Below, in pieces: positions 1-12,860 of a stretch of DNA of 64,000 nucleotides (the stretch's first letter is position 1; every line of letters starts with the position of its first letter). The notes beneath the pieces are model-generated. The model worked only from the letters and a program-made list of their open reading frames with translations, made no database searches and was not told where the DNA came from. Origin of the DNA: Fistulifera solaris (Eukaryota); NCBI GenBank assembly GCA_030295235.1, contig AP026125.1, positions 310,001 through 374,000 of the forward strand, in the 5' to 3' direction. The translations under genes and the position numbers were made by a program.

Positions 1-370
1 CGCAGATGAAACGCTATCCAAAGATATTTCTTACGAGGAGATCATTCAGGAAACAGCCGTAAGAAGTCCCGAAATCATTGCTCATGGGCGAAGGCGGATT
101 TTTGGACAAGTTCCGTCAAGCAGTAGTGCACCTTTTCTGCCTGCGCTGGCCGAAACGGGAGAATTTCGAAAGACGAAATCAACTTCAGCTTTGGGTGCAA
201 AGAAAGGATGCTTGCGTTCCTCGTTCAGGAAACAAGATCGGCGTCCATCGGATAATTCGGTCACGTTCAGTCCGAGAGTCGATGTTCGGATTTTTGAAAC
301 ACCACTATGCAGTGGGCTGCTAAGGGATGGTCGAAGTTGTTCAGTTAAAGTACAACCACAAACGACATAG
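1..370 (+). CDS. 3' end of a hypothetical protein (partial, runs in from the window edge)
   Basis: Frame starting at nt 2 is open to TAG at 368-370 (…KKGCLRSSF…SVTFSPRVDVRIFETP). A 1-nt shift near 305 would instead end it …QWAAKGWSKLFS* at 348. Confidence 0.5.
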   Translation, partial: ADETLSKDISYEEIIQETAVRSPEIIAHGRRRIFGQVPSSSSAPFLPALAETGEFRKTKSTSALGAKKGCLRSSFRKQDRRPSDNSVTFSPRVDVRIFETPLCSGLLRDGRSCSVKVQPQTT

Positions 371-682
371 AGGCACTAAGCTATAGATTAAAAGCAATAA
401 AAGTATCCAAGCTTCATTTCATTTTCCCATGTGATTGGATCGATCATTATTTGGATTCTTTCCATCGGATAAACATTAGGATGTAACGTGACTTCACGGT
501 CCCGCACGTAATTATTTCGTGATGTCCCTAATTTTGACAACGTCCGACGTTGAGATGTGAGGATTGAGGACTGCAAATCTTCGCCCGTCCGTCTACCGTA
601 CCTTTTCGTGATTAACATCATTCCCGTGTGTATTGGTAGTGGAAACAGTGTTGATTGTTTTTCTTTAATCATTTGGTTAATA

Positions 683-3062
683 TTAGTCACTAACGGAGAG
701 AAGTTTCAATAGCTTTTTTGCGATTTGGGCTATCATTGAAACAAGCCATGATAAGTTTTGATAGCTCAGGGGCGCTGATACTCCTGAATAGACCTTCTGA
801 TAGGTTCGTCTCGATATCTGCTAGAGACATATCCATGAATCGTCCAATAGCAAAGAACCTATCCATGAGTTGAGATCCAGTTCTATCCCCCCTCAGTCAT
901 GTTATCAACTTCTTTGACAACTTTTTCAAACTGAGCGTTGACGAATTGACAAGCGGGTGTGCTGATATCCGAAGCCTTCATGATCTGGTCGAGCAAGAGA
1001 GAAAACAGAACATCAGCTAGATATCCAATCGAGCGCGTCAGAACATCATAGGAAAGTACGGGTCTCCAAGCCTTATTGAGATGTCCGAGGTGGTAAAGAC
1101 CTGCAGCGACAGCAGCTTCCGCTTCGGACCATTCTGAAACAATTTCATCCGATCTCAGCGATTCCCCTAACATCGCAATCGGTTTGCCTACAAGTTCCAC
1201 GATCTGCTTCGCTTGAATATCCAGCATTTCACCCATTGATCGCTCCGCAAGGTCTCGGAACAAAGGAACCATATCCACAAAGATACACGTTTGCTGAAGA
1301 AGATTCCCTTGTGGAGTTTTTGCATCGTCGGTGTACCGCTCGCGGTACTCAAGACCAAGGCTTAAACAGTTGTGAGCGATAAAGACACAATCATTGTGAA
1401 GAATCGCAGCTGTCCTCGGAACGTGAGCGATTTCATGACCATGGGTAACGGGAATGATGGCTCGAAACAACTCCAATACTTCGCGAGCTGTACGATACAA
1501 CGTGGCCTGTAAGGCAGCCAGGGATGTGCTGCACTCGTTTGGTACTGGCGCGGCAGATTCATCCATGGTCCTTCGACATAGCTTCATGATTTGAGCAGCA
1601 GTATCGGAGATGCTTGATTTTTGTAATCGAAAGACAGCCATGCCGTCCGAGAGACCAAGGCGTTTGTCATCTTTATCCGGTCGTACGTCTACACCGACTT
1701 CAACCGTGTTGTGGTAGTCATTGTTGAGCAAAAGACGTCGTGCCTCGTTGAGAATTGTGCAACGACGCTTTTCGACATACTTTGCTTCAAAGTTTGCCGC
1801 AAAAGACGACAAGCTAGGCTCTCCTTTTCCGAAATCAACTGCAGAGAAACAAGAGCATCATGAAACGTGGACAAGAACGACTCAAACTCCGAAGCGATTG
1901 CTTTCAAAGAATGAAACTCCTCCGGCAACAGGTGCGTGGGAATGCTTGATTTTTCTAAAGCGTCAACGAGCAACTCGCGTAAAATACCATTATCAATCCC
2001 CATATTCAAAGTCTTGATTCCCAGCACTTCCAAGCTTATCGTTTCCGAAGACTGCATCTCCGGTCGACCAAAGAGTTTTGATCCTACTAAATGACAAAGC
2101 GGCTTTCGCTCCAGCAGAACATGTTCGGTGATGAAAATCAAAGTCTTTTGAATAAACTCAATGGCGTTTTTCCACACGAGGATATCACTGTGCGATGAAT
2201 CGGCTTTCTTTCCATTCCAGTTCCATTCCAGCCGAACAACGCGTGTTTTCGTCGTACTCGAATTCACGAGCGACCCACTGTTGTCTTCCGATTCTTGGTA
2301 CGAAACCAGAGTCGTTGTTGCTTCCTCGGACACGAGACGTTCCAGCAGGGGACGAAAGACCCATTCGTACATCTCGGTGGTGAATTTGCGAAACATGTCC
2401 TGCAATGCCGAATGACCGTCATCGGCGAACGTCTGCAACACATCGTACGCCATGGGAAGATCGTTAGAGGACCGGACGACCAAGAAATTGGGCGACCAGG
2501 AAACGCTGGTGGCCCACATTTTTCGTGCTTCTCCCAACAGGTCTACTTTTTGTCGACGGACCGCCGATCGAAGCGAATCCAGAATCTGGTTCGCGGCGGC
2601 TAGGGTGGATGGAGATGCGTTCGACTCGGACGCCACGATGGTCTGCGCTGCTTTCCAAGCCTGCTGGGCTTGTACCTGAAGGCTCGCCGCGCGTCTTAAA
2701 TCAATCTCGGGTGTCAGAGAAGGTGTCGAAAGTGTCATGGATTGATCCAAAAACGATCGAGCCAGGCTGCATTGACGTAGAAACTCCACTTTATTCTTCA
2801 AATTCGCTGCTTCGTCGTGATTCTCCGGTGATGCTTTGATGGCGTTGAGCTCATTCTCAATACTCGCCAACTTTTCCCTAGTATTCTCCTCTACAACACT
2901 AATTTCCTGACCAAACAGCTCCACTCCCAAATGGAAGGATGCATTCGGATCGTCGCCATTGTTTTCGTCGTAGGCATTCCGCAGTGCATCTTTCGTTGCC
3001 TTTTGAATGGCTTTTCTCACCGCCTGCAGCCGCTCTTCGATACTGTCTTCCATTGTTGACAT
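683..3062 (-). CDS. ZW10: Centromere/kinetochore protein ZW10 homolog (RZZ/NRZ tethering subunit); frameshifts near 1812 and 885
   Basis: ORFs 1689-3062 and 883-1812 join. C-terminal motifs RTAAILHNDCVFIAH and a tail …DMSLADIETNLSEGLFRSISAPELSKLIMACFNDSPNRKKLL (690-880) match the ZW10 C-terminus. Confidence 0.8.
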
Positions 3063-3496
3063 AATAACGTTGATGTGATGTTTTTAGATGTTCTTAGTCT
3101 GATTTAACACCGTCGCTGCAAATAAAAAGATACGTAGTAGGATTATGAGGGACATCGTCATTGTCACTCTTCTCGCTTTCGTCTAAAAATAATTTCGTTA
3201 TCCGTTAAAGCCGCACAGTGCAACTGTACCAGGTACCAGGTACTGCTAAATGTACTTAACACAGTCGTACCGGCAAATCATTTATACACTATATGAGAGT
3301 GTAATTTTAAAACGGTCATATTTCGAAAGTTCGAACCTTAGCTACCATCTACCATGCCTTAACATAAAAAAGACATTTTACTCTCTAATTTAAATCAATT
3401 TGAACTGTGATTTGAACTGAAAAATGAATATAGTTACTGCGTTTAAAGAACGATTGTACAGGGCGATAGCATTTTGCAACTTCCGCTACGTATAAA

Positions 3497-4504
3497 TCAT
3501 ACATACTCCATAGTCGGATCCTCTTCATCGTCATCGTGATCTTTTCGTTCATCGTTCGCTGCCATGAGTAAGGTTGCCATATTGGAACTCGGGTCTCCGC
3601 TCCCGTTGTCTCCCATCATGTCGGGTACCGTCGTTGCGGCGGCGACAGCGGCAGCGGAGGCCACCGCGTCCGCCAAGGATGGGTCCGCTACCGTCTCGTG
3701 CGCTGCTTCCAAAGCTGCATCCCAAGAAGCCTTCCACTGTGTTAAAAGGAATATCGATTTGCTCAATGAATGGAATGCTTTGTGATATATGGAATTAATT
3801 TCTTCGTCGCCCGGGGGGAGAGAATCGTGCGCACTGTCGTCCAGCAAAGCACCATGCACGGCGGCCACCGCCGCCGAAGCAGCACCGCTTGATACGGCTT
3901 CGATTAAACGTTCCGTTTCCATCAGAGCTTCTCGTGAACAGTGCAGTAAATCTCCCCCGATTTCTTGAAAGCCATATCCTTCCCCATAGTGCCGGGTCCC
4001 CTCTACGGCACCGTTGACAATGATAGCATCCGAAGCCAGTTCCACCATGGACCCATTCTTGTATCGAAACTTTTTCGGTGAAGGACCCATGGCATAAATC
4101 ATGGATGGCTCTTCCTCCTCCTCGGTCGACAGTCGCGGATTGGTCCGTTTCCGTTCGGTCCGGCGCTTTTCGTTCAAATTCCGTTGACAACTAAAGCAGA
4201 GTCCGGTCCGTAAATACAACGAATCCGTCTCGTTCGGTTCACTGTCATAAATACAAACCGGCACACCGACTTTGGGACAGTCGGGCGTCTTGCACGATTC
4301 GTGGCCGGCGCCTTTTGGTATTTTAATGTGCGGATGGGTCAAGGCGTATTGATGATCGGCCTCGGACGGTTGGATGCCGTAATCGAGTACTACAAAGCGC
4401 TTTTTTCTTGAGACGGACCAATATTTGACCATCGTGGACCCCGGGGACCCCCGTATGCCGATGGTAAATGTTCCCATTGGCCCGTCCGAGTTTGTGATCG
4501 ACAT
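3497..4504 (-). CDS. Hypothetical protein with Cys cluster, basic patch and Ala-rich C-terminus
   Basis: Uninterrupted 335-aa ATG ORF: CKTPDC…VC…LCFSC, then NEKRRTERKR, then AASAAVAA/AVASAAAVAAA tracts. Confidence 0.75.
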   Translation of the reverse strand: MSITNSDGPMGTFTIGIRGSPGSTMVKYWSVSRKKRFVVLDYGIQPSEADHQYALTHPHIKIPKGAGHESCKTPDCPKVGVPVCIYDSEPNETDSLYLRTGLCFSCQRNLNEKRRTERKRTNPRLSTEEEEEPSMIYAMGPSPKKFRYKNGSMVELASDAIIVNGAVEGTRHYGEGYGFQEIGGDLLHCSREALMETERLIEAVSSGAASAAVAAVHGALLDDSAHDSLPPGDEEINSIYHKAFHSLSKSIFLLTQWKASWDAALEAAHETVADPSLADAVASAAAVAAATTVPDMMGDNGSGDPSSNMATLLMAANDERKDHDDDEEDPTMEYV

Positions 4505-5308
4505 CGGTTAAGAACTCTTCGAGGGGTGGGATTTGAATGTGTGAGGAAGAAAAAATCGAGCGGGGAGGCCATGATGAATAAATTGATAACTCTTGTGTGT
4601 CTATTTTCTGAAATAAAGCGGTGCAAAAGTCCAGAAAGAGTTGAGAAAAAGTCAATCTTGAAGTGAAAACGAAGTAAGGCGAGCGGCATTATGAAACTCA
4701 TGGTGTGCCTCCCAAAAGCAGCTTCTCGATCCTATGATGGTGCACTTAACGACTTACATCCAAGCTTTTTCGACAAAAATTTAAAGCGGCTTTTCAATTC
4801 AGTTCCAGAGTTTCAATATTTTCAATGCAGGTGCCGCGCATCGGATCCGCAAAAGACGCGAAAAGTGTCGACACGGCGCGAGTGCGCGAAAAACGAGCGC
4901 GTCGCCGCCGCCATGGTTACAGTATGAGGCAATTGCTTACACATGTTAATCAAATTAAGGTTAAGTCTATTTCCTGAACCTTTGTACAATTTAAATCATA
5001 CCAGATGACCATATGTTAAGTAAAAAACAGGAAAAAAGTATTGTAGTACAAACAGTTATAGTATTAGATTGTCCCGAAAGACGTACCGGTACCGCCGAAT
5101 ATTCAGGACGAAAAACAGCCAGACGCAAGACGCAAGCCTCACATCGATCGCTCACCGCTCACCATGGCCTCACGTCTCGGCAATCCAATTATTTCAGCCA
5201 AACAATTAAATTAGTCTACACACCGAGGGCATCCTTGTTTCATCGATCGAGCGACAACTGCTGCAAGCCCAGAAAACATCGCTTGTTGAGTCTATTGAGA
5301 TAATAATA

Positions 5309-8300
5309 ATGGAAGATCCACCGCACGAAGGAGGAGAAGAAAAAACTCTCCAAAAGCCAGCTGAAAAAGCTAGCCAAGGGCAAGGTAAGCGCCATCGTTC
5401 CCTTCTTTGAATTGAATATTCAGCATCTGACTCTTTTTTAAAGGGCAAAGAAAAGAAAGAAAAAGCCACAATGGAACACCGCCAAGAAAGAAAAAACCAA
5501 GGCCGCTCCTCCCAAAAGGAGTTCATCAATCCGACACCCAAGGGAGAAAAGAAGGACTTGACGAACATGGAAGATGCGTATCATCCGGCCGCCGTGGAAG
5601 CGGCGTGGCAAGATTGGTGGGAAGCCAAGGGCTTTTATTCGTGTGATCCGAAATTTGCTGTCGCAGCCGAAGAAAAATTTGTCATGGTCATTCCTCCACC
5701 CAACGTGACCGGCTCGTTGCATTTGGGACACGCGTTGACGGCCGCCGTCGAAGACACGTTGACGCGATGGCATCGGATGAAAGGACACGCGACGTTGTAT
5801 GTGCCAGGTACGTTCTTGCAGTATTCTTGGTCTGCTTGGTCGTTGAAAACGCCGTATTTTGTTTCAATGAAAATACTAGGGCTGTACGCTTCCATGCGAG
5901 AGTAAAACATTTCCCTTTCGCACAACCCAGTATGATTATTCTGTTTCAATTTGTACTCACGGTTGTTAATGGGGATCACACAGGGACGGATCATGCGGGC
6001 ATTGCCACACAATCCGTCGTGGAAAAGATGTTGATGAAAGAGCAAGGCAAAACGCGTCACGATTTGGGCCGGGACGAATTTGTTCGAAAGGTTTGGGAGT
6101 GGAAGGGTGATTACGGCAATAAAATTACCACTCAGCTCCGGCGATTGGGTAGCAGTGTGGACTGGTCACGAGAACGATTTACCATGGATGATATGTTGAG
6201 CAAGGCGGTCGTGGAAGCCTTCAACCGCTTCTATGAAAAGGGTTGCTGTACCGAGCCAACCGGCTGGGACAATGGTCTTGTGCACTCAAGTCGGCTATCT
6301 CCGAAATCGAAGTCGATACATTGGAATTGGAGGGACGCACATTCTTGGAGGTGAAAACGCACAAAGGAAACCCCAATGATCCGAATGGCCGTTACGAATT
6401 CGGCACCCTCACTTCCTTCGCTTATCCGGTCGAAGATTCCGACGAACAGATTGTTGTCGCTACCACGCGTCTGGAGACCATGTTGGGTGATACCGCCGTC
6501 GCCGTCCATCCCGAAGATCCGCGCTACCAGCATCTTCATGGAAAATTTGTCGTTCACCCGTTCAACCACCGGCGCATTCCCATCATTACCGATGGCGAAC
6601 TGGTCGACATGTCCTTTGGTACGGGTGCCGTGAAGATCACGCCGGCCCACGACCCGAATGATTATGAATGTGGAAAGCGCCACAATCTCGAATTCATTAC
6701 GATGCTCGCACCCGATGGATCGATCAATGAGAATGGAGCACCATTCACCGGGATGATGCGTTACGATGCCCGCATTGCGGTCGAGGAAGCTTTGAAAGAG
6801 AAGGTCCGTAGTTTCAGCAAGATTTCTCAGTTTTTTGTGCCGTTGTTAACTCACGTGTGTCCGTATGTTCCTTCTATAGGGTCTTTACATAGGCAAAGTA
6901 CCAAACAAGATGAATCTAGGCATATGTTCCCGTTCAGGCGATATTCTTGAGCCGATGATTACACCACAGTGGTATGTAAACTGTGATGGTATGGCCAAAC
7001 GAGCCTTGGAGGCTGTTGAGAAAGGTGATTTGAAAATCGTTCCTGCTGAGCACAAAAGAACTTGGGATCAATGGTTGGGTAACATTCGTGACTGGTGTGT
7101 CAGTCGCCAACTTTGGTGGGGTCACCAGATACCTGCTTGGTTTGCTGTGAAAAGGGTGAAAATCTGGACAAGAACGATATTGCCAATAACGAGCGTTGGG
7201 TCGTCGCCAGATCAGAAGAGGTATGTGCATTGAAAACCTTGTTTCAAGGGATTATCCGGTCTCTCAATGTCATGTTCATGTTTGTCCACAGGCGGCTTAT
7301 GAAAAAGCTGCAGCTTTGATTGGATGTTCCAAAGAGGAGTTGGAACTCACTCGAGACGAAGATGTGCTGGATACCTGGTTTAGTTCGGGACTTTTCCCAT
7401 TTTCTGTGATGGGTTGGCCTGACAATACGGATGACATGAAAGCATTCTATCCAACGTCACTCCTTGAAACTGGCCTTGATATCCTGTTTTTCTGGGTTGC
7501 ACGGATGGTGATGATGGGTCTAGAGCTGACTGACCAGCTGCCATTCCACACCGTATTCTTGCACGCCATGGTTCGCGACAAAGAGGGGAGAAAAAATGTC
7601 GAAGTCGCTTGGAAATGTGATTGATCCGTTGGAAGTTATTGATGGCTGTTCTTTGGAGGCACTCCAGGAGCGTCTCGAAGCCGGAAACTTGCCTGCTAAA
7701 GAAATCGAAAGGGCCAAAAAGAATAATGAAGCTGAGTTTCCCTCGGGTATACCGGAGTGCGGTTCAGATGCCCTCCGATTCGGTCTTCTTGCGTATACCG
7801 TCCAGGGACGCGACATTAATATGGATGTTAGCCGCGTGGTTTCGTACCGTTTATTCGGAAATAAGCTTTGGAACGCCACAAAGTTCGCTTTGCAGTTTGT
7901 CTCCGACTTCGCTCCGACCGCAACACTTCTAGACGATTTGATGTCAAGTGGGAAAATGGCTATTCGCGATAAGTTTATGATTTCGCGACTAATGAATGGT
8001 ACAAAGGCTGTGAATGAGTTTCTTACAAACTATAAGTTTGGCGATGCGCAACAGGCTGCCTATTCCTTGTGGATGGACGATATTTGCGATGTTTATCTCG
8101 AACTTATCAAACCCGTTGTTTACGACACAAGTGACGAGAACAAGGATAGTCGATGGGCTGCTCAGGCTACACTTTGGGTTTCAATTGAGACAGGTCTACG
8201 CATTCTTCACCCCATGATGCCTTTCATTACCGAAGAATTATGGCAACGACTACCTGGTCGTGGTACACTGGGCGAAACGGAACCAGAAACTATTATGCTT

Positions 8301-8837
8301 GCTCCCTATCCGGAGTTCATCGAATCGTACGCCAATGCTGCGTGTGAAGAGTCAATGACACATACGATGAAAATTGTGAAAGCGTGCCGCTCGCTTCGAG
8401 CGTCTTACAATATTGCGAAGAAAAGCACAACCAATTATTTCATCAAAGTTTCAGGGCCAGCTGAAAGCGCTGCTAAGGATCAAGTCAAAGACATCACGAC
8501 ACTCGGTGTGGCAGCATCTATCGAAGTGAACCCTAGTGAGGATGCAATTCCAAAAACTGTCGGCACGGTTATTGTTGATGACAGCTTGACTATCCTGATG
8601 GATTTGAAGGGAATGGTCGACTTCAAGGTCGAAATTGAGCGTTTGCAGAAGAAATTGAAGACTACTGTACCGCAAATGGAAACACTCAAACAGAAAATGG
8701 AGGCTGATGGCTATGAATCGAACGTGCCGGATGACTTGAAAGCCAAAAATAATGAAAGACTCGAATCGCTTCAGAAGACAAAGATTGAACTGGAGGAAGC
8801 CATTGCAAATTTTGAGAGGCTAGCAGTCGAAGAGTAA
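5309..8837 (+). CDS. VARS: Valyl-tRNA synthetase (multi-exon, several apparent indels)
   Basis: [13 protein letters not shown] (HIGH), [53 protein letters not shown] (split by an extra A near 7591-7596), C-terminal coiled arm. GT-AG introns near 5385, 5809, 6804, 7221. Confidence 0.97.
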
Positions 8838-8911
8838 CTTTCAAACACTCCTAGAGAATGCTGATGTTTGAATTAAAACTTCCTTCGTTATCACTTTACA
8901 TCTATCAAAAA

Positions 8912-11258
8912 CTATCGCTGCTTGCGGAGGTCGACAACCGGAGGAGGCGGAGGAGCTAGTTTTGTTGCCTCGTCTTTAGTTCAAGTAGCTTCTGCTCACG
9001 TTCTTTCTGCACCTTGGCCATTTCTGATTTCAATCGGTCGACATCTGACAAGTGGTCAGCACTTGTCTTACTGCTAGGCTCAGCGACCATTTCTGAAGAC
9101 GTGCGTCGCTGCGGGAGATTCGCAACCAAATGTTTGGGAATAATTGGGTGGGATGAATTGTTGGGCGTTTTGAAGGTAACGAATCCGTTCTGCTGGTTTT
9201 GTTGACATTCGATGGCCTGGAAAGGGAGTTAGTACCATATTGATGAGCAGTTAGCAACGAACAGAATCGAACCCACCTCGTATTTGCTCAGAATCGATGA
9301 CGCTTTCCGAAAGTCACCATTGGGCTTCTTGTCCTGATTTTTGTCGGCTGTATCCAAATAGTGATTAATACCCAGATCCCCATACGATAAATCTTCTCCG
9401 AATGTGTCTTCATCGTCGGTAAAAACGTCCATGTCTCTTCTTATCCGTCCACTGTAGACATTAGACGATAAAGCTGTCCTCGACTGAAATGACGAAGCAG
9501 CGGCGGCTTGCATGGATCGCTGGACACTTTGGGGATTGGAGCACCAATCGCAAGTCTGCTCACAAACAGTCTTGGGATCTGATTTTTCGCCGAAATGCTG
9601 CAAAAGATAGCATCGTCGGCATCCTAGAGTTGTAGCATAACTGTCCATACGTTCCAAAGCCTCCAGGGCGCGTCGTGATGATTCATTCTTGTCATCTTTT
9701 ACCTTTCTTTGTTGAATCAAGTACTGAAACTTTCTCACGTCGCTCTTTGAAAAATAGAGGAGGCTATAAGATTCCAACCCGTCTCTACCTGCCCGACCAG
9801 ATTCTTGATAAAAGGACTCCACAGTTTTTGGCAACGACCAGTGTACGACGTAGCGAACATGAGCTAAATCGATGCCCATCCCAAAAGCCACCGTGGCGAT
9901 AGCAATCGGTGTTTTACCTGTAGTCCAATCGTTTTGGACCTGAGTACGTTCGGCGTCTTTGAGACCTCCGTGATATCCCGCCGCAAGTATGCCCGTACGT
10001 CTTTGAATCTCAAGCGCCAAGTCGACCGTTTCTTCTCGTTTGTGGACGTAAATAATACCAGAGCAATTTTCCTGAGACTTTCTCTTACATCGCTCGTGCT
10101 GCCTCTTTATGAAATGAATCAAATCGTCTATAGCACCGTTCGGCTTCTCTTCGTCTAGGACGTCTTTGTAGCGAACCTTGTAGAATATGTTTGGCCGATT
10201 GAAGGAACCAATATGACAGGGAGCGTCACGAAGATGTAAAATTTGCTTAATCTACAAGAGAAAGAACACAAATGATGTAAAACATACTGGTCAGTCCAAT
10301 AAATCGTACAACGACTTACATCTTCGATCACTTTGGGAGTCGCGGTAGCGGTACACGCCATGCAGGGCACATCGGGAAAGGTTTCACGAAACCACCCCAG
10401 TTTTCGAAAGGCGGGTCGAAAATCGTGCCCCCAGCTCGACAAACAGTGCGCTTCATCGACGGCAAAGAGCGAAAGTCGCTTTTGCTGATGCACTTCCATC
10501 ATGATATTCCGAAATCGTTCCGTTTGGATTTGTTCCGGAGTACAGTACAAGAGTGTGATGGGTCGCAGGGATGATGATGATGCCTTGGCACGCAAACGGC
10601 GACCGACGACTCGTTCCATCGTGTCCAGGTTCACTCGCTCTCCATTCGAAGACGATAACACGGCCGCTTCGATTCCTTTGGCCAAACAGGCTTGTACTTG
10701 ATCGACCATGAGAGCAATGAGTGGAGACACGACCACCGTCAAACCGCCGAGTGCGACCGCGGGAAGTTGGTAACACAAACTTTTGCCGCCTCCGGTGGCC
10801 ATGACGATGAGTTGACTCTTTCGCTTCAAAGCACACTTGATTGCCACGGGTTGTAAATAGCGTAGGCTGGGAATGCGAAAGACTTCTTTCAGGATCTGTG
10901 CTGTGTGGCGTTTCAGTTCCTCGTAGGTTTTTGCTGTGGAAGGACCTGTGGGTTGAGCCAGCTTTGAACCTGTCGCCGAAGCGAAAGATGAAGCATCTTT
11001 ATTCGTATTCGAAGGAGGATTTTTCCGTTTCCTCGAAGGCGCCGCTTCTTTGGCGGGCAAACCAAACAGAGTAGTCTGCTTCGTTGCCTTAGCAGGCGAC
11101 GCCTTCTTCGGTGGTTCCACGAAACCCCCGAATAGTGTTGTTTGTCGAGATTCTTTCTTCTCCGCTTTGACAGTAATTCGTTCCGTCAGACAGATTTCAC
11201 ACTGTTTCGCAGTGTCTTGCGAATTCTCAAATGTACAAGCCTCGCAAGACCAGGTCAT
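8912..11258 (-). CDS. RecQ-family DEAH DNA helicase with N-terminal RanBP2-type zinc finger
   Basis: [56 protein letters not shown] Zn motif CRR…CEQTCDWC. N-terminus [10 protein letters not shown]…CEIC. Last exon (~8912-9218) inferred after an intron at ~9277. Confidence 0.93.
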
Positions 11259-11728
11259 GTTGGCCGTAGAAACGCGTTCGATGAAACAAAAAAATTTACG
11301 CAGGCGTACACGCGACTGTCTTCCAGCGAATCTCTACCGCCTTTCCTTCTTATTTACAGATTACTCTTCACTCCTTTCTCTCGAAGTGCTTTAAAATGAA
11401 GAACAGAGGCATCCTTTATCTCAGTTCCTAGTTACACATCTTCGAACGCGACAAAACAAAAAAAAATCAAAATGCTGCTGTCATCTGTCATTGTCGCATG
11501 TCCGTCATCCGTCAGATCCCAACATTAACGAAAAACTTCACATCAAAATTCCAAATTCCATTTTCGTACGTGTTCGCCTGGTCGCCGCGACCCGCACTTC
11601 GCAACCTCTCGATGCGACGGCAGAAACAACAAGTCAGTTTCATCGCGTCGCAGTCCATCACTCGAGACGTTGATGTTTGTTGCCTTCGAGTCGACATATT
11701 ATCATTGACATCACTATACCTTATCACC

Positions 11729-12176
11729 ATGGCACGAGTATCTTTCTTATTTGTGCTGCTTGCGGCTTTGGCTACTTTCTCGAATGCGTTTGCTCCGGCT
11801 CCGGCGTTTGGTTGTGGTACGTGCGTTCGTGGTGTTGTGTTTCTTGTTGTTTGCCGTGTGTCTCTCATACCTTGATTCCTCATCTGTCGTTATTCTTCAA
11901 TCGCCTTTCTTATTCTTCATTCTATGACTCATAGTCACACGACCCGAGACGGCCATGTCGGTCAAAATCAAGATTGAAGTCGGTGACGGAGAACCCATCG
12001 AAAGTGCCATTCGTCGGTTCAAGCGGGAGGTCAGCAAATCGGGTCATTTGATCGAACTCCGTCACAAACGTTACTTTGAAAACTCGCAAGAACGAGCCAA
12101 GCGCAAGGTTAAGGAAGCTCGTATGCGCAAGAAATTTGAACGCATGCAAAAACGCCGTACCGCGAACCGTGTTTAA
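11729..12176 (+). CDS. rps21: Nucleus-encoded plastid 30S ribosomal protein S21 (bS21c), 2 exons
   Basis: Exon 1 MARVSFLFVLLAALATFSNA-FAPAPAF is a signal peptide with an ASAFAP-type site. Intron 11817-11934 (gtacgt…catag) keeps frame. Exon 2 GEPIESAIRRFKREVSKSGHLIELRHKRYFE is the S21 domain. Confidence 0.9.
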
Positions 12177-12860
12177 TATATGGAATAAGTTCAAAAAAAC
12201 ACACGTGATAATAATTTGTAGATCGTCTCGAGTCAAATGGTTGTGTTCGTTTTTGTCACGAGGTACTGACGCTGTTCGAAACAATGTGTTGCGTTCTTTC
12301 TGTAGTTGATGCGGTGTTTGTGAAGACCGACTCTTTCGAACTTTGTTTTTTTAAAACTAACTCGCATCAAGTCGGACATGATATTGCTATATCTCTTGAC
12401 TCTGTTTGTTTACTACTCGCGGTGTTTGTTCGGATTGGACCGTAGACGTCGGGAGCAATGCTCTCTCCAGCAAGCTCCGCATATAGACTAGAAAGTTATC
12501 TTTTCCTCATTATTTGAGGAGCCATTTCATTGTATACCAACTTTAGCTTATAACTGTCGCTCTTGAATTGGCCAAGTGAGAAGCGCTGCCTGTATATTTT
12601 TGTCAATCCACAACAGGAAAACCGATAGAAACTAGAACAGGTAATGAAAGCCAAAGGGTGTCCCTAGCTTTTAAAACCGGTACGGCTTGTGAGACTATGG
12701 CAGAGAATGTGGTCGTACTCTGTAGGATTATAAAAGGCGGGAGAGGCAGCGGACGAAAAAAAGCACATCGCAAGAAAAACAAAGGACATGTGAATGAGGC
12801 TCACAAGTCGTTGAATGTTATAGTATTCTACCAGTCCATGTTTGCTGAAAAGTGTTCACC

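Noticed and set aside
388..690. 100-aa minus-strand ORF downstream of ZW10
   Set aside because: Non-ATG start overlapping the ZW10 stop, AT-rich, no recognisable motif. Likely 3' UTR or spacer.
7585..7600. Programmed ribosomal frameshifting across many genes
   Set aside because: Shifts go both ways, lack a shared slippery-site or stop context and track homopolymers, as expected for sequencing error.
5309..8837. Apparent 5'-to-3' GC decline within long genes (ValRS, VAC14, GOGAT)
   Set aside because: Visual impression only; I cannot quantify it without a sliding-window GC3 calculation.
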